NCBI GenBank assembly: GCA_019312835.1
Contig: JAFDCJ010000333.1
Location: forward strand, 303-64,302
DNA: 64,000 nt
Reading direction: 5' to 3'
From: Deltaproteobacteria bacterium
GTDB taxonomy: Bacteria > Desulfobacterota > Desulfobacteria > Desulfobacterales > JAFDCJ01
Position numbers and translations under genes: made by a program. Positions 43,678 to 53,051 of the stretch are shown one piece after another (position 1 is the first letter of the stretch; every line of letters begins with the position of its first letter). Under the pieces are notes generated by a model that was not told the DNA's origin, did no database searches, and saw only the letters and a program-made list of their open reading frames with translations.

Positions 43678-46338
43678 TTAAGGCAGCAGCAGCCGTTGGA
43701 TTTCCTGCAAATAGGTCTCTATTTGGTCGTGGTCGAAACAATAGCGCAGCGTGCCGAAACGCTTCCTGAATTTGGCCACATCCTGTTGAAGGGACTTGTG
43801 GCGGATGATCACATCCGCCATTAGCTGGGCCAGTTGCTGAAAATCGCCGGCTTCCATCCCGAAGCGGGTCATCTCGGATACGCCCATACGCAGTGCGCCG
43901 GAGGCGGTGAAGCCCTCTTCGTCCGGAGCCGCCTGATAGTTCAGGATAATATTGTTATCTTCCAGGCGCCGGGCAATTTCCGCTCCTCTGGCATAACCAA
44001 CCCTGACCACCACCTGATGGGTCTCGGTATAGTCGATGCCGGGATCGCCGGCAACGTCAAGGCCACAGTCTTTCAGGGCCAGGGCGAAAGCCCTGGCGTT
44101 GGCGATGACTTTCTGCTGATAGTCGTCCTTAAAAGCGTTCATTTCATATGCGGCCATCAGCAGGCCCAGCTGGGTGCCCAAATGGTGGTTGCTGGTGCTG
44201 CCGGGAAAGGCCCGCCGTTCAATCGCCTCCCACAATTCATAATCCGGATCGGATTTTTGATAATTGCCGCCGACGATACCGCGCTGGGGGCCGAAATAGG
44301 TCTTGTGGGTGGAGCCGGTAACAAGGTGGGCGCCTTCCTTAAACGGTTCCTGGAAATGGGGGCCGATGAGCCCAAGGACATGGGCCATGTCATATAACAC
44401 GACGCTGTCCAACCCCAGCTGATCTACGGTGGCGCGAATTTCCTGCACCGGTTCTTTGTGCAGGACCATGCTTTTACCGAAAATGATCAGTTCGGGCCGA
44501 TGTTGCTCGAGCAATTCACCGCAGGCAGCGACATCGATTTTGTAGGGGTTCTCCTCATGGACGGGGAAATTAACCACGGCGGGTTTTTCAGTTTTGGGAT
44601 CGCGGGCCACAAAGTCCCGCAGGGCGCCCATGGGTTGGGCGGACAGATGGCCGCCGCGGATAATATGGTTGTTAAAAACCTTCTGGATGCGGCGCTGTTC
44701 GCTTTTGCGATCAGCCCGGTTTATATAATCGACCATGGCGCTGAAAACGGCCGTGTTGGCCATCTGCCCCGATATGGGCCGGGTCTCGACGACGCTGCAG
44801 TCCATGAACTGGCGCAGCTCAGCCACCAGCAATTCTTCGACTTCCGCGATAAAATCGGTGCCCTGGTAGTAAAACACCTCGGCCTCTTCAAAGGCTTTGA
44901 CCCCCTTGTGCTCGCCGTAGCGGCACACCGGATCCATGATGGTCAGCATGCGGGTTATGGCGGACGGCGACTGCTCCGAAGGAATCAGATTGATACACTC
45001 CTGCTGTCGCCAGCGGGTGTTGGTGATGGCCTTGGCAATCAGCGTGTTGACCTTGTCGACGAAGGATTCGCCGGTAGGGGCCCCGTCGGCTGCCGGCGTC
45101 TCGGCCGCCAGGTCGATTGCGCGCGCAAAGGGCGGCGCCTCGCTTCTTAAAAAATAAGGCACGATCATACCGCCAGCCCGTTTCCCCCTGATTTCGACCT
45201 CGACCCGGTCGCCTTCGACAAGGCGGCTGTCGAGCAGTGCCAGGGTGATAGCGCGCCGCGCGGTTTGGCTCGTTATCCGGGAATCGATTCCCTCGCCGCC
45301 AAATTCCCAGTACGGCACCACGGTTCCGCTGGTGACAAATCCCGCACACCGGCCGTTTGCAAAAACCTTGTTGCCGGCCCGTGCCACGCCTTTGCCCGTT
45401 AGAACCACCGGCATGATGATGCGCGGCAAATCCTCTATGCGGCTGTAATCCCTTTTAACGATTTTCTGAAAAGCTTCAAATTGACGGTTCAGGGCGGCTT
45501 TGCCTATAAATTCAGCCTTCAGGGGTGACAGGCTGACGGCAAAGCGGGCCAAAGGACAGGCAAAGATCGGTATTTCGTTGCCTTCGGGATCCAGCCCCAG
45601 TTCATGACCGTAAAGGGGCAGACCGGCTTCCAGGCGCAGGGTGTCCCTGGCCCCGAGACCGATCGGCACCGCGCCCCGTTCACACAGCAGATCCCATAGC
45701 ACGACCGCATCCGCGCGCGTGACAAAGAGCTCGAAACACAAGGGCTCGCCGGTATAGCCGGTTCTGGCGATAAGCACCTGCGTGCCCTTGATCGTGGCCG
45801 TGGACAGCTGGTTGCGCATGGGCTCGGGCAGACGGCCCGTCTCGATGACACCCTCCATAATGGCTTTGGCCTGCGGACCCTGCAGGCTGATCATCGCCAG
45901 CTCAGCGGTCTTATCGGTCAGTTGTACCCCGTCAAAAGCCTCCAGGACCTGCTGGAAGTGCTGCCAGTCTTTATCACGGTTGGAAGCGTTGACCACCAGC
46001 AGATATTCATCCTCGAAAAACCGGTAAAGATAGGCATCATCCACTGCGCCGCCGCTTTTATTGGGAATCATGGTATACTGGCTTTCGTTGACGTCCAGGC
46101 CGGCGGCATTGTTGGAAAGCACGTGCTGTAAAAAATCAAGGGCCCCGGGGCCGGAAATGATAAAGCGCCCCATATGGGAAACGTCGAAAAGGCCCGCCTG
46201 GTTGCGGGTTGCCAGGTGTTCCTGTAAAATTCCACTCTGGTATTGAACCGGCATATGCCAGCCGCCGAAATCAACCATCGTCGCATTCAGCGCCAGATGG
46301 CGATCGTGAAAAACAGTTTGCTTCAATTCGTCGCTCAT
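43678..46338 (-). CDS. gcvT-glyA: Fusion of glycine cleavage T protein (N-terminal) and serine hydroxymethyltransferase (C-terminal)
   Basis: GcvT: FGGWHMP, GLFDVSHMG, RTGYTGE, GLGARDTLRLEAG; SHMT: NLIPSE, SGQMAN, GGHLS, YDMAH, GSTHKT.FGPQ, LRMG; continuous 886-aa ORF. Confidence 0.92.
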   Translation of the reverse strand: MSDELKQTVFHDRHLALNATMVDFGGWHMPVQYQSGILQEHLATRNQAGLFDVSHMGRFIISGPGALDFLQHVLSNNAAGLDVNESQYTMIPNKSGGAVDDAYLYRFFEDEYLLVVNASNRDKDWQHFQQVLEAFDGVQLTDKTAELAMISLQGPQAKAIMEGVIETGRLPEPMRNQLSTATIKGTQVLIARTGYTGEPLCFELFVTRADAVVLWDLLCERGAVPIGLGARDTLRLEAGLPLYGHELGLDPEGNEIPIFACPLARFAVSLSPLKAEFIGKAALNRQFEAFQKIVKRDYSRIEDLPRIIMPVVLTGKGVARAGNKVFANGRCAGFVTSGTVVPYWEFGGEGIDSRITSQTARRAITLALLDSRLVEGDRVEVEIRGKRAGGMIVPYFLRSEAPPFARAIDLAAETPAADGAPTGESFVDKVNTLIAKAITNTRWRQQECINLIPSEQSPSAITRMLTIMDPVCRYGEHKGVKAFEEAEVFYYQGTDFIAEVEELLVAELRQFMDCSVVETRPISGQMANTAVFSAMVDYINRADRKSEQRRIQKVFNNHIIRGGHLSAQPMGALRDFVARDPKTEKPAVVNFPVHEENPYKIDVAACGELLEQHRPELIIFGKSMVLHKEPVQEIRATVDQLGLDSVVLYDMAHVLGLIGPHFQEPFKEGAHLVTGSTHKTYFGPQRGIVGGNYQKSDPDYELWEAIERRAFPGSTSNHHLGTQLGLLMAAYEMNAFKDDYQQKVIANARAFALALKDCGLDVAGDPGIDYTETHQVVVRVGYARGAEIARRLEDNNIILNYQAAPDEEGFTASGALRMGVSEMTRFGMEAGDFQQLAQLMADVIIRHKSLQQDVAKFRKRFGTLRYCFDHDQIETYLQEIQRLLLP

Positions 46339-46422
46339 ATATTAATCCTCCACACCGTGTGTAAACCGTCGCAGGCCGGTCCGTCGACGATTGCATCCGG
46401 GTGCCGGCCGTGTTTTTTTATC

Positions 46423-47877
46423 CTAATCCGTCAGGCAGGGCGTGCGCGCGGCCAGGGTTTCATCCAGTCTTTGCACCTTCGGGTTCTGGGGTGCCTGGTG
46501 CAGCAGCTCAGGTTGCTCCTGGGCCTCTCTGGCAATGCTTTTCATTGCCGCGATAAACTCATCTATGGTTTCTCTGGATTCGGACTCCGTCGGCTCGATC
46601 ATGATCGCACCGCTTACCACCAATGGGAAATAAACGGTGGGGGGATGAAATCCATAATCCATGAGCCGCTTGGCGATGTCCAGCGTGGTGACCTTAAACC
46701 TGTTCTGGTTTTCGTCCGTAAACACGCATTCGTGCATGCAGGGCCGGTCGTAGGGCAGGTGATACACCCCTTTGAGACTTTCCCTGATATAATTGGCATT
46801 CAGGACCGCGTACTGACTGGCTTTTTTCAGGTCGGGACCCATGCTGCGGGTGTAGCAGTAGGCCTTGATAAGGACGCTGAAATTGCCGTAAAAGGCGTGA
46901 ACTTTGCCAACCGATTCCGGATAGTCTTCACAAAGCTCATATCCTCCTTCGGTTTTGACCACCCGGGGAACGGGGAGGAATTTCTCCAATTCCCGGGTCA
47001 CACAAATCGGTCCGCTTCCCGGGCCGCCGCCGCCATGGGGGGTTGAAAATGTCTTGTGAAGGTTCAAATGGAGCACATCGACGCCGGTTTGCGCCATATT
47101 GACGATACCCATGGCGGCGTTCATGTTGGCACCGTCGCCGTAAACCAGGCCACCTCTGTCGTGGACGATTCGGGCAACTTCTTTGATGTTATCTTCAAAT
47201 AATCCCAGGGTGTTGGGATTGGTGATCATGATGCCGGTGGTGTCTTCATCCATGAGCTCGGCCACCGCTTCGGGCGACAGAACGCCCTGCTCGTTGGATT
47301 TTAAGGGTATGGCTTTAAACCCGCACAGGGCGCCGCTGGCGGGGTTGGTCCCATGTGCCGTATCAGGGATCAATACTTTCGATCGGGGTCGGCCCCGGCT
47401 CTGGTGGTAGGCATGAAAGATCAGCATGCCCGCCAGTTCACCCTGGGACCCGGCGGCCGGCTGCAGGCTGACCGCCGGCAGACCGGTGACTTCACCCAGA
47501 TACCGTTCAAGGTCAAACAGCAGTTTTAGGGCACCCTGGGATAGCGGTGCCGGCAGCAGGGGGTGGGCGCCGGCAAAACCGGGAAGGGAAGCCTGCCGTT
47601 CATTGGTTTTAGGATTATACTTCATGGTGCAGGATCCCAACGGGTACATGCCGCTGTCGACGCCAAAGTTCCACTGCGACAAGCGTGTAAAATGGCGCAC
47701 CACATCCAGCTCGCTTAGATCCGGAAAGTCCGGGCCATTTCCGGCAAGCGCTTTGGCCACCGGGACGGTATCCACATCCCGCCGTGGAAGCGAATAGCCC
47801 ATCCTGCCGGTTGAGCCTTTTTCCCACAGCAGCGGCTCGTTAAAGATATGACCGGTTGTGCCTGTCAATTCTTTCAT
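46423..47877 (-). CDS. gcvPB: Glycine dehydrogenase (decarboxylating) subunit 2
   Basis: YPLGSCTMKYNP, AHGTNPAS, HLNLHKTFSTPHGGGGPG, MIEPTESE. Confidence 0.97.
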   Translation of the reverse strand: MKELTGTTGHIFNEPLLWEKGSTGRMGYSLPRRDVDTVPVAKALAGNGPDFPDLSELDVVRHFTRLSQWNFGVDSGMYPLGSCTMKYNPKTNERQASLPGFAGAHPLLPAPLSQGALKLLFDLERYLGEVTGLPAVSLQPAAGSQGELAGMLIFHAYHQSRGRPRSKVLIPDTAHGTNPASGALCGFKAIPLKSNEQGVLSPEAVAELMDEDTTGIMITNPNTLGLFEDNIKEVARIVHDRGGLVYGDGANMNAAMGIVNMAQTGVDVLHLNLHKTFSTPHGGGGPGSGPICVTRELEKFLPVPRVVKTEGGYELCEDYPESVGKVHAFYGNFSVLIKAYCYTRSMGPDLKKASQYAVLNANYIRESLKGVYHLPYDRPCMHECVFTDENQNRFKVTTLDIAKRLMDYGFHPPTVYFPLVVSGAIMIEPTESESRETIDEFIAAMKSIAREAQEQPELLHQAPQNPKVQRLDETLAARTPCLTD

Positions 47878-49208
47878 CTTATGACCTCCTTAATCAGCGC
47901 ATCCATGTCTTCGCGGGTGGCAGTTTCAGTGGCGCAAAAAAGATAGTGATCTTCAAGCTCCGGGTAGTACGGGGCCAGGGGCAATCCGGCCACGATCTTT
48001 TTTTCGAGAAGCTGTGCATGGGTATCTTTGAATCCCGGCGGGAATTTCACGACAAACTCGTTAAACACGGGGGCTTGAAAAGGAGCCGCCAGGCCTGCCG
48101 CCTGCAAAGCCGACTTCAAATAGGCGGCTTTGTCATGGTTCAACTGGGCCAGCTCACGAATTCCGGTGCCGCCCAGGGCAGCCATGTACATTACCGCGGC
48201 GGTCGCGCATAAACCCTGGTTCGAGCAGATATTTGACGTTGCCCGCTCGCGGCGGATATGCTGCTCGCGGGTGGCCAGGGTGAGCACGAAACCCGTACGG
48301 CCCTCCCGGTCTACGGTTTTGCCGATCAGGCGGCCGGGCATGTTGCGCACATATTTTTTCAGAGAGGTGAACATGCCGAGGCCGGGTCCGCCAAAGGACT
48401 GGGGAATCCCGAAGCTTTGCCCTTCACCGCACGCAATATCAGCACCGCAATCGCCCGGCCTTTTTAAAATGCCGTAGGCGATCGGCTCACTGAAGGCGGT
48501 GACGAAGAGGGTTTTATCGTCGGAGTGAACTCTGGCGCCCACCGCCTCCAGGTCCTCGATGCAGCCGAAAAAGTTGGGGGACTGCACGGCCACCGCGGCC
48601 AGCTCATCCAGGTTGTCCAGCCGGGCAAGATCGGTCCGGCCGTCGGGCTGGAAGGGAATTTCGGTGACTTCGTAGCCGGTGGGGGCAAAATAGGTCTGGA
48701 CCACCCGGCGGTACAGGGGATGGACGGCCCGGGATACCGCGACCTTTCTGCGACGGGATACCCGGACGGCCATCAGCAGCGCTTCAGCCAGTGCCGAGGC
48801 ACCGTCGTACATGGATGCGTTGGTGACTTCCATGCCCAGGAGGCGGCTTACCAGTGTCTGATACTCATAGATCGCCTGGAGGGTACCCTGGCTGATTTCA
48901 GGCTGATAGGGTGTGTAGGCCGTATAAACCTCGGAGCGGTTCAAAAGCTGCCGCACGATTTCAGGGATGTGGTGGTTATAGGACCCCGCCCCCAGAAAAA
49001 CCTTGTAGCCCGGCGCGGACCCCATGGTGCCGGCGGCGTCCTCCATGTGGCGGTTTAATTCCCATTCGGTCAGCGCTTCCGGCAGGTTCAACGCCTCCTT
49101 GCGCCGGCAATCTGCGGGGATACTTGAAAAGAGGTCTTCAAGGCTGTCAACACCCACAACTTGAAGCATTTTTTCAATATCTTCATGGGTCTGGGGTAAA
49201 TATCGCAT
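47874..49208 (-). CDS. gcvPA: Glycine dehydrogenase (decarboxylating) subunit 1
   Basis: YTAYTPYQPEISQG, NASMYDG, TREQHIRRERATSNICSNQ. Confidence 0.97.
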   Translation of the reverse strand: MRYLPQTHEDIEKMLQVVGVDSLEDLFSSIPADCRRKEALNLPEALTEWELNRHMEDAAGTMGSAPGYKVFLGAGSYNHHIPEIVRQLLNRSEVYTAYTPYQPEISQGTLQAIYEYQTLVSRLLGMEVTNASMYDGASALAEALLMAVRVSRRRKVAVSRAVHPLYRRVVQTYFAPTGYEVTEIPFQPDGRTDLARLDNLDELAAVAVQSPNFFGCIEDLEAVGARVHSDDKTLFVTAFSEPIAYGILKRPGDCGADIACGEGQSFGIPQSFGGPGLGMFTSLKKYVRNMPGRLIGKTVDREGRTGFVLTLATREQHIRRERATSNICSNQGLCATAAVMYMAALGGTGIRELAQLNHDKAAYLKSALQAAGLAAPFQAPVFNEFVVKFPPGFKDTHAQLLEKKIVAGLPLAPYYPELEDHYLFCATETATREDMDALIKEVIR

Positions 49209-49212
49209 CGTC

Positions 49213-49611
49213 TTATCCTTTCAACATTTCAAGGTAGGCCTGGCGGTCTTTGAGCGCATCGTACTCGGCGGGGTCTTGCATCCGTACCTCCACCATCCAG
49301 CCGCCGGAGTAGGGCGCATTGTTTACCAGCTCAGGGCCATCCTCGAGGGCTGCGTTGATTGCCGTGATTTCGCCGCCCACAGGCATGTATAACTCGGAGA
49401 CCGCCTTGACGGATTCAACCGTTCCGAACTCCTGTCCTTTTTCGAAAGTCTCACCCACATCGGGCAGCTCGACAAAAACAATGTCTCCGAGCTGGTCTTG
49501 GGCGTAGTCGGAGATGCCGACCCGGACCACTTCGTCGGCTTTGCTGACCCACTCGTGATCATCGCTGTATCTCAAATCGTCCGGAAAAATTAATTCGCTG
49601 ATTTCTTTCAT
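49213..49611 (-). CDS. gcvH: Glycine cleavage H protein
   Basis: HEWV, GISDYAQDQLGDIVFVELP, ESVKA lipoyl-Lys motif; GAGG RBS before ATG 49611. Confidence 0.97.
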   Translation of the reverse strand: MKEISELIFPDDLRYSDDHEWVSKADEVVRVGISDYAQDQLGDIVFVELPDVGETFEKGQEFGTVESVKAVSELYMPVGGEITAINAALEDGPELVNNAPYSGGWMVEVRMQDPAEYDALKDRQAYLEMLKG

Positions 49612-49850
49612 GTAGTATCTCCTCTCGGGTAAGGTTCGGCAACCGGGCCTAGATGACTGAAAAATGGCCGAAGGCCTGCGGCTGGGGACGGATAGGTGCA
49701 AACCCTCTCTACTGAGAAGGTAACGTCAGCGCATCCGTGAAAACCAGAAGAAAACCGGTCGAAAACATAATCGCCCCGGTGAGCGGCAGCATCAGTTGCC
49801 GGTGACCAGGCCCCCCCGGATTTGTTCGAGGCGGCACATCCTGTCGGCCG

Positions 49851-50258
49851 TTATTCCTGATCTTCGGCGAGGCCGGCACGGGTCAGGAGCCATTCGGCGC
49901 TGTCGTTCCACACATCGATCTTTTCAATGCGCCCGTTGCGGATCTCAAAGCGGTCGATGAAGCGGTTGCCCTCGAAGGGGGTGCCGTCCGGCCAGGCGCC
50001 GTAAAGAGTGCCCAGGCAGTAGACAACCAGGCGGCCCTCTTCTTCCGTGCAGACGTCGTATCCGGTGATGTCTTTTTTGACGCTGGCATAGCGCTTGGCG
50101 TTGAATTCGCCGGTTTGTTCTGCCCGTTCGAAACGACGCTTGCCGGTAAAGGTGAATACCAGGTCAGGGGACACCAGCGCCCTGGAGCCTTCTTTGTCAC
50201 CGCTCATGCTGGCGGCCAGAAATTTTTCAATCAATTCTATCGCTTCTTTACGATCCAT
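49851..50258 (-). CDS. SnoaL/NTF2-like small protein
   Basis: VVYCLGTLYG.WPDG..FEGNRFIDRF......I....VWNDSAE pattern; AGGAG RBS. Confidence 0.75.
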   Translation of the reverse strand: MDRKEAIELIEKFLAASMSGDKEGSRALVSPDLVFTFTGKRRFERAEQTGEFNAKRYASVKKDITGYDVCTEEEGRLVVYCLGTLYGAWPDGTPFEGNRFIDRFEIRNGRIEKIDVWNDSAEWLLTRAGLAEDQE

Positions 50259-50284
50259 CTTGCATCTCCTTTTCAACTGGTCAT

Positions 50285-52354
50285 TTACAATTTATCGGTT
50301 TTTTGAAGCGCCGTTATAACATGTTGAAGGCCCATGTCTTCGAGGGTGCTTTGAAGGGGACTGCCGGTTTGCACATCCCAGCCTTCCAGCTCATAGAAAA
50401 TGGATTTCCATTCCTCAACCTTATCGCGGTCCAGCTTGCGGGGGACGACATTTTTGTAGGCCCACTGACCGTTTTCGTGAACCGGCATAAAGTAGCTGGG
50501 TGACCGGCCCGCCACCATCACGATTCCCTCGGATGGAATCGTGTACATATACTCGGCAAGGGTTTCCATATCTCTGTGCCGCCCCTGAAGGGTCCAGATG
50601 GCGCGGTTCAGCGTGAAAATTTTACGGCCGATTTCCATCGAATCTTCAAACCTCATTTTTTTACCGGTGACCGCTTTGAAAAAGGCGATTTCCCCCTCGG
50701 GGGTAAGACCCTTATTGTCGGGTGCGTAGGGGTTGATGAAATCGGCGAAGGCATTGTCGCAAAGGCCGCAGGACTGCTTCCAGAACAATGAGTAATGCAG
50801 CAGCCAGGCGGTGGTACGGGCCATGTGGATGGAATACATATTGGCATCGCTGAAATCGATCATGAGGGGGTCGTTGTAGGGACTGCATTTTTCAGCAATT
50901 ATTTCAGCGGCCCGCCCGGCGGACACCACCGGCGGTCTACCGGCGGCAACATCCAGATTGGGTATCCAGTATGAAATGGCGTTGAAGTCGTGACAATTGA
51001 TATCCCGGGATGAAACCAGCGAAGCATATCCCCAGTAGACTTCGGTGCGGGGATCATAGTGGATGGGATAGCCCCAGGGCAAAACGGGCAGCGTCCCGCT
51101 GGCCAGGTCTTCTTCGAGCCGGCCCCATTTGGCGGCCGCCCTGACGATTCCTTCCGCCAGAAAGTCCCCAATGCCTTTGCGGTGAGCAATTTTATGCAGA
51201 AAATCCTCGATGAATTCCGCTTCCCCCAGCATGTCGAAGTCAAGGTCCGTATCGATTTCTTTACCGGGCCCCAGGATCCCCTTTTCCCTGAGGGCGTTTA
51301 AGTAGTTGATATCCACATCGATGACATAGGCATTAATGCCCAGGCGATCGCATAGTTTCGTGGCTTTGCCCGAGATCGCGGTCACGCGTCCGCGCTTGGC
51401 CAGTTCAAATTTTTGATAGAACCGGCCTTTTTTGCAGATGGCCCCGGTGCCGATACCGATTGATGTTTTGGGCCTGCAATTCATATGGCAACCGTAACAC
51501 CCATGGGCCCGGCGCTGATCATCGAAAATGGCGCCGCCTCTGCCCGGATGGCCGCCAAAATGGGAGGTGATATACTCCTGCCAGTCGCTAATGGCGGGGT
51601 TGTCGAAGTCCGCGCCATATTTTTTGCGAAACCGCATGCTTTCTTGCAGCAACCTCTGCGGGTCGGCAACCGCCACACTCCCGGTGCCGAACACGCTGAT
51701 GGCTTTGAGTTTCTTGGCGCCCCATATCCCGCCAAACCCCCCCTGGCCAAAGGAGGGACCGGCACTGTGCTGGACCGAGGCGATGCGGCTCAGATTTTCT
51801 CCCGCCGGTCCAATCGTCAGCACACACGGCCATTGGGTCATATTGCCGGTCCTGACGTGGGGAGCTTTGCGCTTGCTGATTTGATTGGATACCTGGCTGA
51901 AAATCATGCGCTGGGTTTCTTCGGTGTCCAGCCCCCACATGCCGGCGGCATCCCTGAATTCTACCTCGCCGTCGACGATGTTGATCCAGGTTGGATTTTC
52001 AGCCGCCCCCTCAAGGACAATGCCGTCAAATCCGGCGAATTTAAGCATGGCCGGAAAGTGGCCGCCGATGCTGCTGCGGCCGAACCATTCATAGGGATAG
52101 CTCTGGGATTGAATGCCGACCATCTCGACGCGGGAGGCGCCGGGGACCAGCGTGCCCGCAAACAACCCGGCCATCAGCACCAATTTGTTTTCCGGGTCAA
52201 AGGCGCTGACCATTTTGTCTCGCATCAGGTCAAAAAAAACAGCAGTGGCGATACCATGCCCGCCGATCCACTGTTCATAATCCGCCGTATTTAATGTGGA
52301 AATGCTCTGAGTGGTCAAATCGACACGCAGTATTTTTCCGGTGAAACCATACAT
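50285..52354 (-). CDS. Aldehyde:ferredoxin oxidoreductase (tungstopterin AOR/WOR family), divergent member
   Basis: GFTGKILRVDL, GG.F..MLKFAGFDG, IGPAGENL, GAKKLKAI, CYGCHMNC plus distal CGLC, FYELEGWD. Confidence 0.88.
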   Translation of the reverse strand: MYGFTGKILRVDLTTQSISTLNTADYEQWIGGHGIATAVFFDLMRDKMVSAFDPENKLVLMAGLFAGTLVPGASRVEMVGIQSQSYPYEWFGRSSIGGHFPAMLKFAGFDGIVLEGAAENPTWINIVDGEVEFRDAAGMWGLDTEETQRMIFSQVSNQISKRKAPHVRTGNMTQWPCVLTIGPAGENLSRIASVQHSAGPSFGQGGFGGIWGAKKLKAISVFGTGSVAVADPQRLLQESMRFRKKYGADFDNPAISDWQEYITSHFGGHPGRGGAIFDDQRRAHGCYGCHMNCRPKTSIGIGTGAICKKGRFYQKFELAKRGRVTAISGKATKLCDRLGINAYVIDVDINYLNALREKGILGPGKEIDTDLDFDMLGEAEFIEDFLHKIAHRKGIGDFLAEGIVRAAAKWGRLEEDLASGTLPVLPWGYPIHYDPRTEVYWGYASLVSSRDINCHDFNAISYWIPNLDVAAGRPPVVSAGRAAEIIAEKCSPYNDPLMIDFSDANMYSIHMARTTAWLLHYSLFWKQSCGLCDNAFADFINPYAPDNKGLTPEGEIAFFKAVTGKKMRFEDSMEIGRKIFTLNRAIWTLQGRHRDMETLAEYMYTIPSEGIVMVAGRSPSYFMPVHENGQWAYKNVVPRKLDRDKVEEWKSIFYELEGWDVQTGSPLQSTLEDMGLQHVITALQKTDKL

Positions 52355-52365
52355 GATTCTTGCCC

Positions 52366-52962
52366 CTAATCCGTCGGCAACCCGAGTTGTTCCCAGCCGT
52401 CGCCCCTCAAATTTTTGGTATAGCCGTTCTCTCCAAGCGGAGAAGGCGTTTTGGCACTAAACTTGATTGCATTGACCGGGCAAATTTCCACGCAGGCCTG
52501 GCCGCTCTTTTTTTTCCGGTACGGCGGCGCCTTACACAGATCACATTTAAAAGCCTTTTTCTGCTGGACATCCAAAAATATTCTGGAGGGAACAAAGGGG
52601 CAGGCATGCATGCACTTCTGGCAGCCGATGCACGTTTCCCGGTCTATTCTTCTGACATTCATGTGTTCGGCGTCGATATGAAGGGCATCGGTGGGGCATA
52701 CGATCAGACATTGGGGATACAGACACTGTTTGCAGACCGCCATCTGGATGTCCGCCGGAAAGTACCCCAAAGGGTCGCTGATGATCTGTATCCGGGAAAA
52801 GGCAGGATTGACATTGCCCTCGTGAGCCAGCGAGCAGGCCAGCATGCAGCTGCCGCAGCCCGTGCATTTTTTGGGATCGACGATGAGGTAGCCTTCAGCC
52901 TCCGGTACAATCTGCTCAATTGAGAACGCCTGGTTCCTTTTCCCTTTTCGCGGCTTGGTCAT
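52366..52962 (-). CDS. 4Fe-4S dicluster electron-transfer subunit (AOR partner)
   Basis: CTGCGSCMLAC, CKQCLYPQC...CP, CIGCQKCMHACP, KCDLC...CVEICP. Confidence 0.9.
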   Translation of the reverse strand: MTKPRKGKRNQAFSIEQIVPEAEGYLIVDPKKCTGCGSCMLACSLAHEGNVNPAFSRIQIISDPLGYFPADIQMAVCKQCLYPQCLIVCPTDALHIDAEHMNVRRIDRETCIGCQKCMHACPFVPSRIFLDVQQKKAFKCDLCKAPPYRKKKSGQACVEICPVNAIKFSAKTPSPLGENGYTKNLRGDGWEQLGLPTD

Positions 52963-53051
52963 ATTGTTTTCCTTAAATGATACCCTGTCAATCGCATTAT
53001 AAATTCCCGCCCAGCGGCGCGGACCAAGGCCGGTCCGATGCACCCGGCTAT

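Noticed and set aside
49615-49740. Possible glycine riboswitch upstream of gcvH
   Set aside because: Only loose GAGAG...GCCGCAGG...TTTCAG similarity on the minus strand; the conserved GGAGA/CCGAAG/CTCAGG core and tandem aptamer are not evident. An Rfam RF00504 search would settle it
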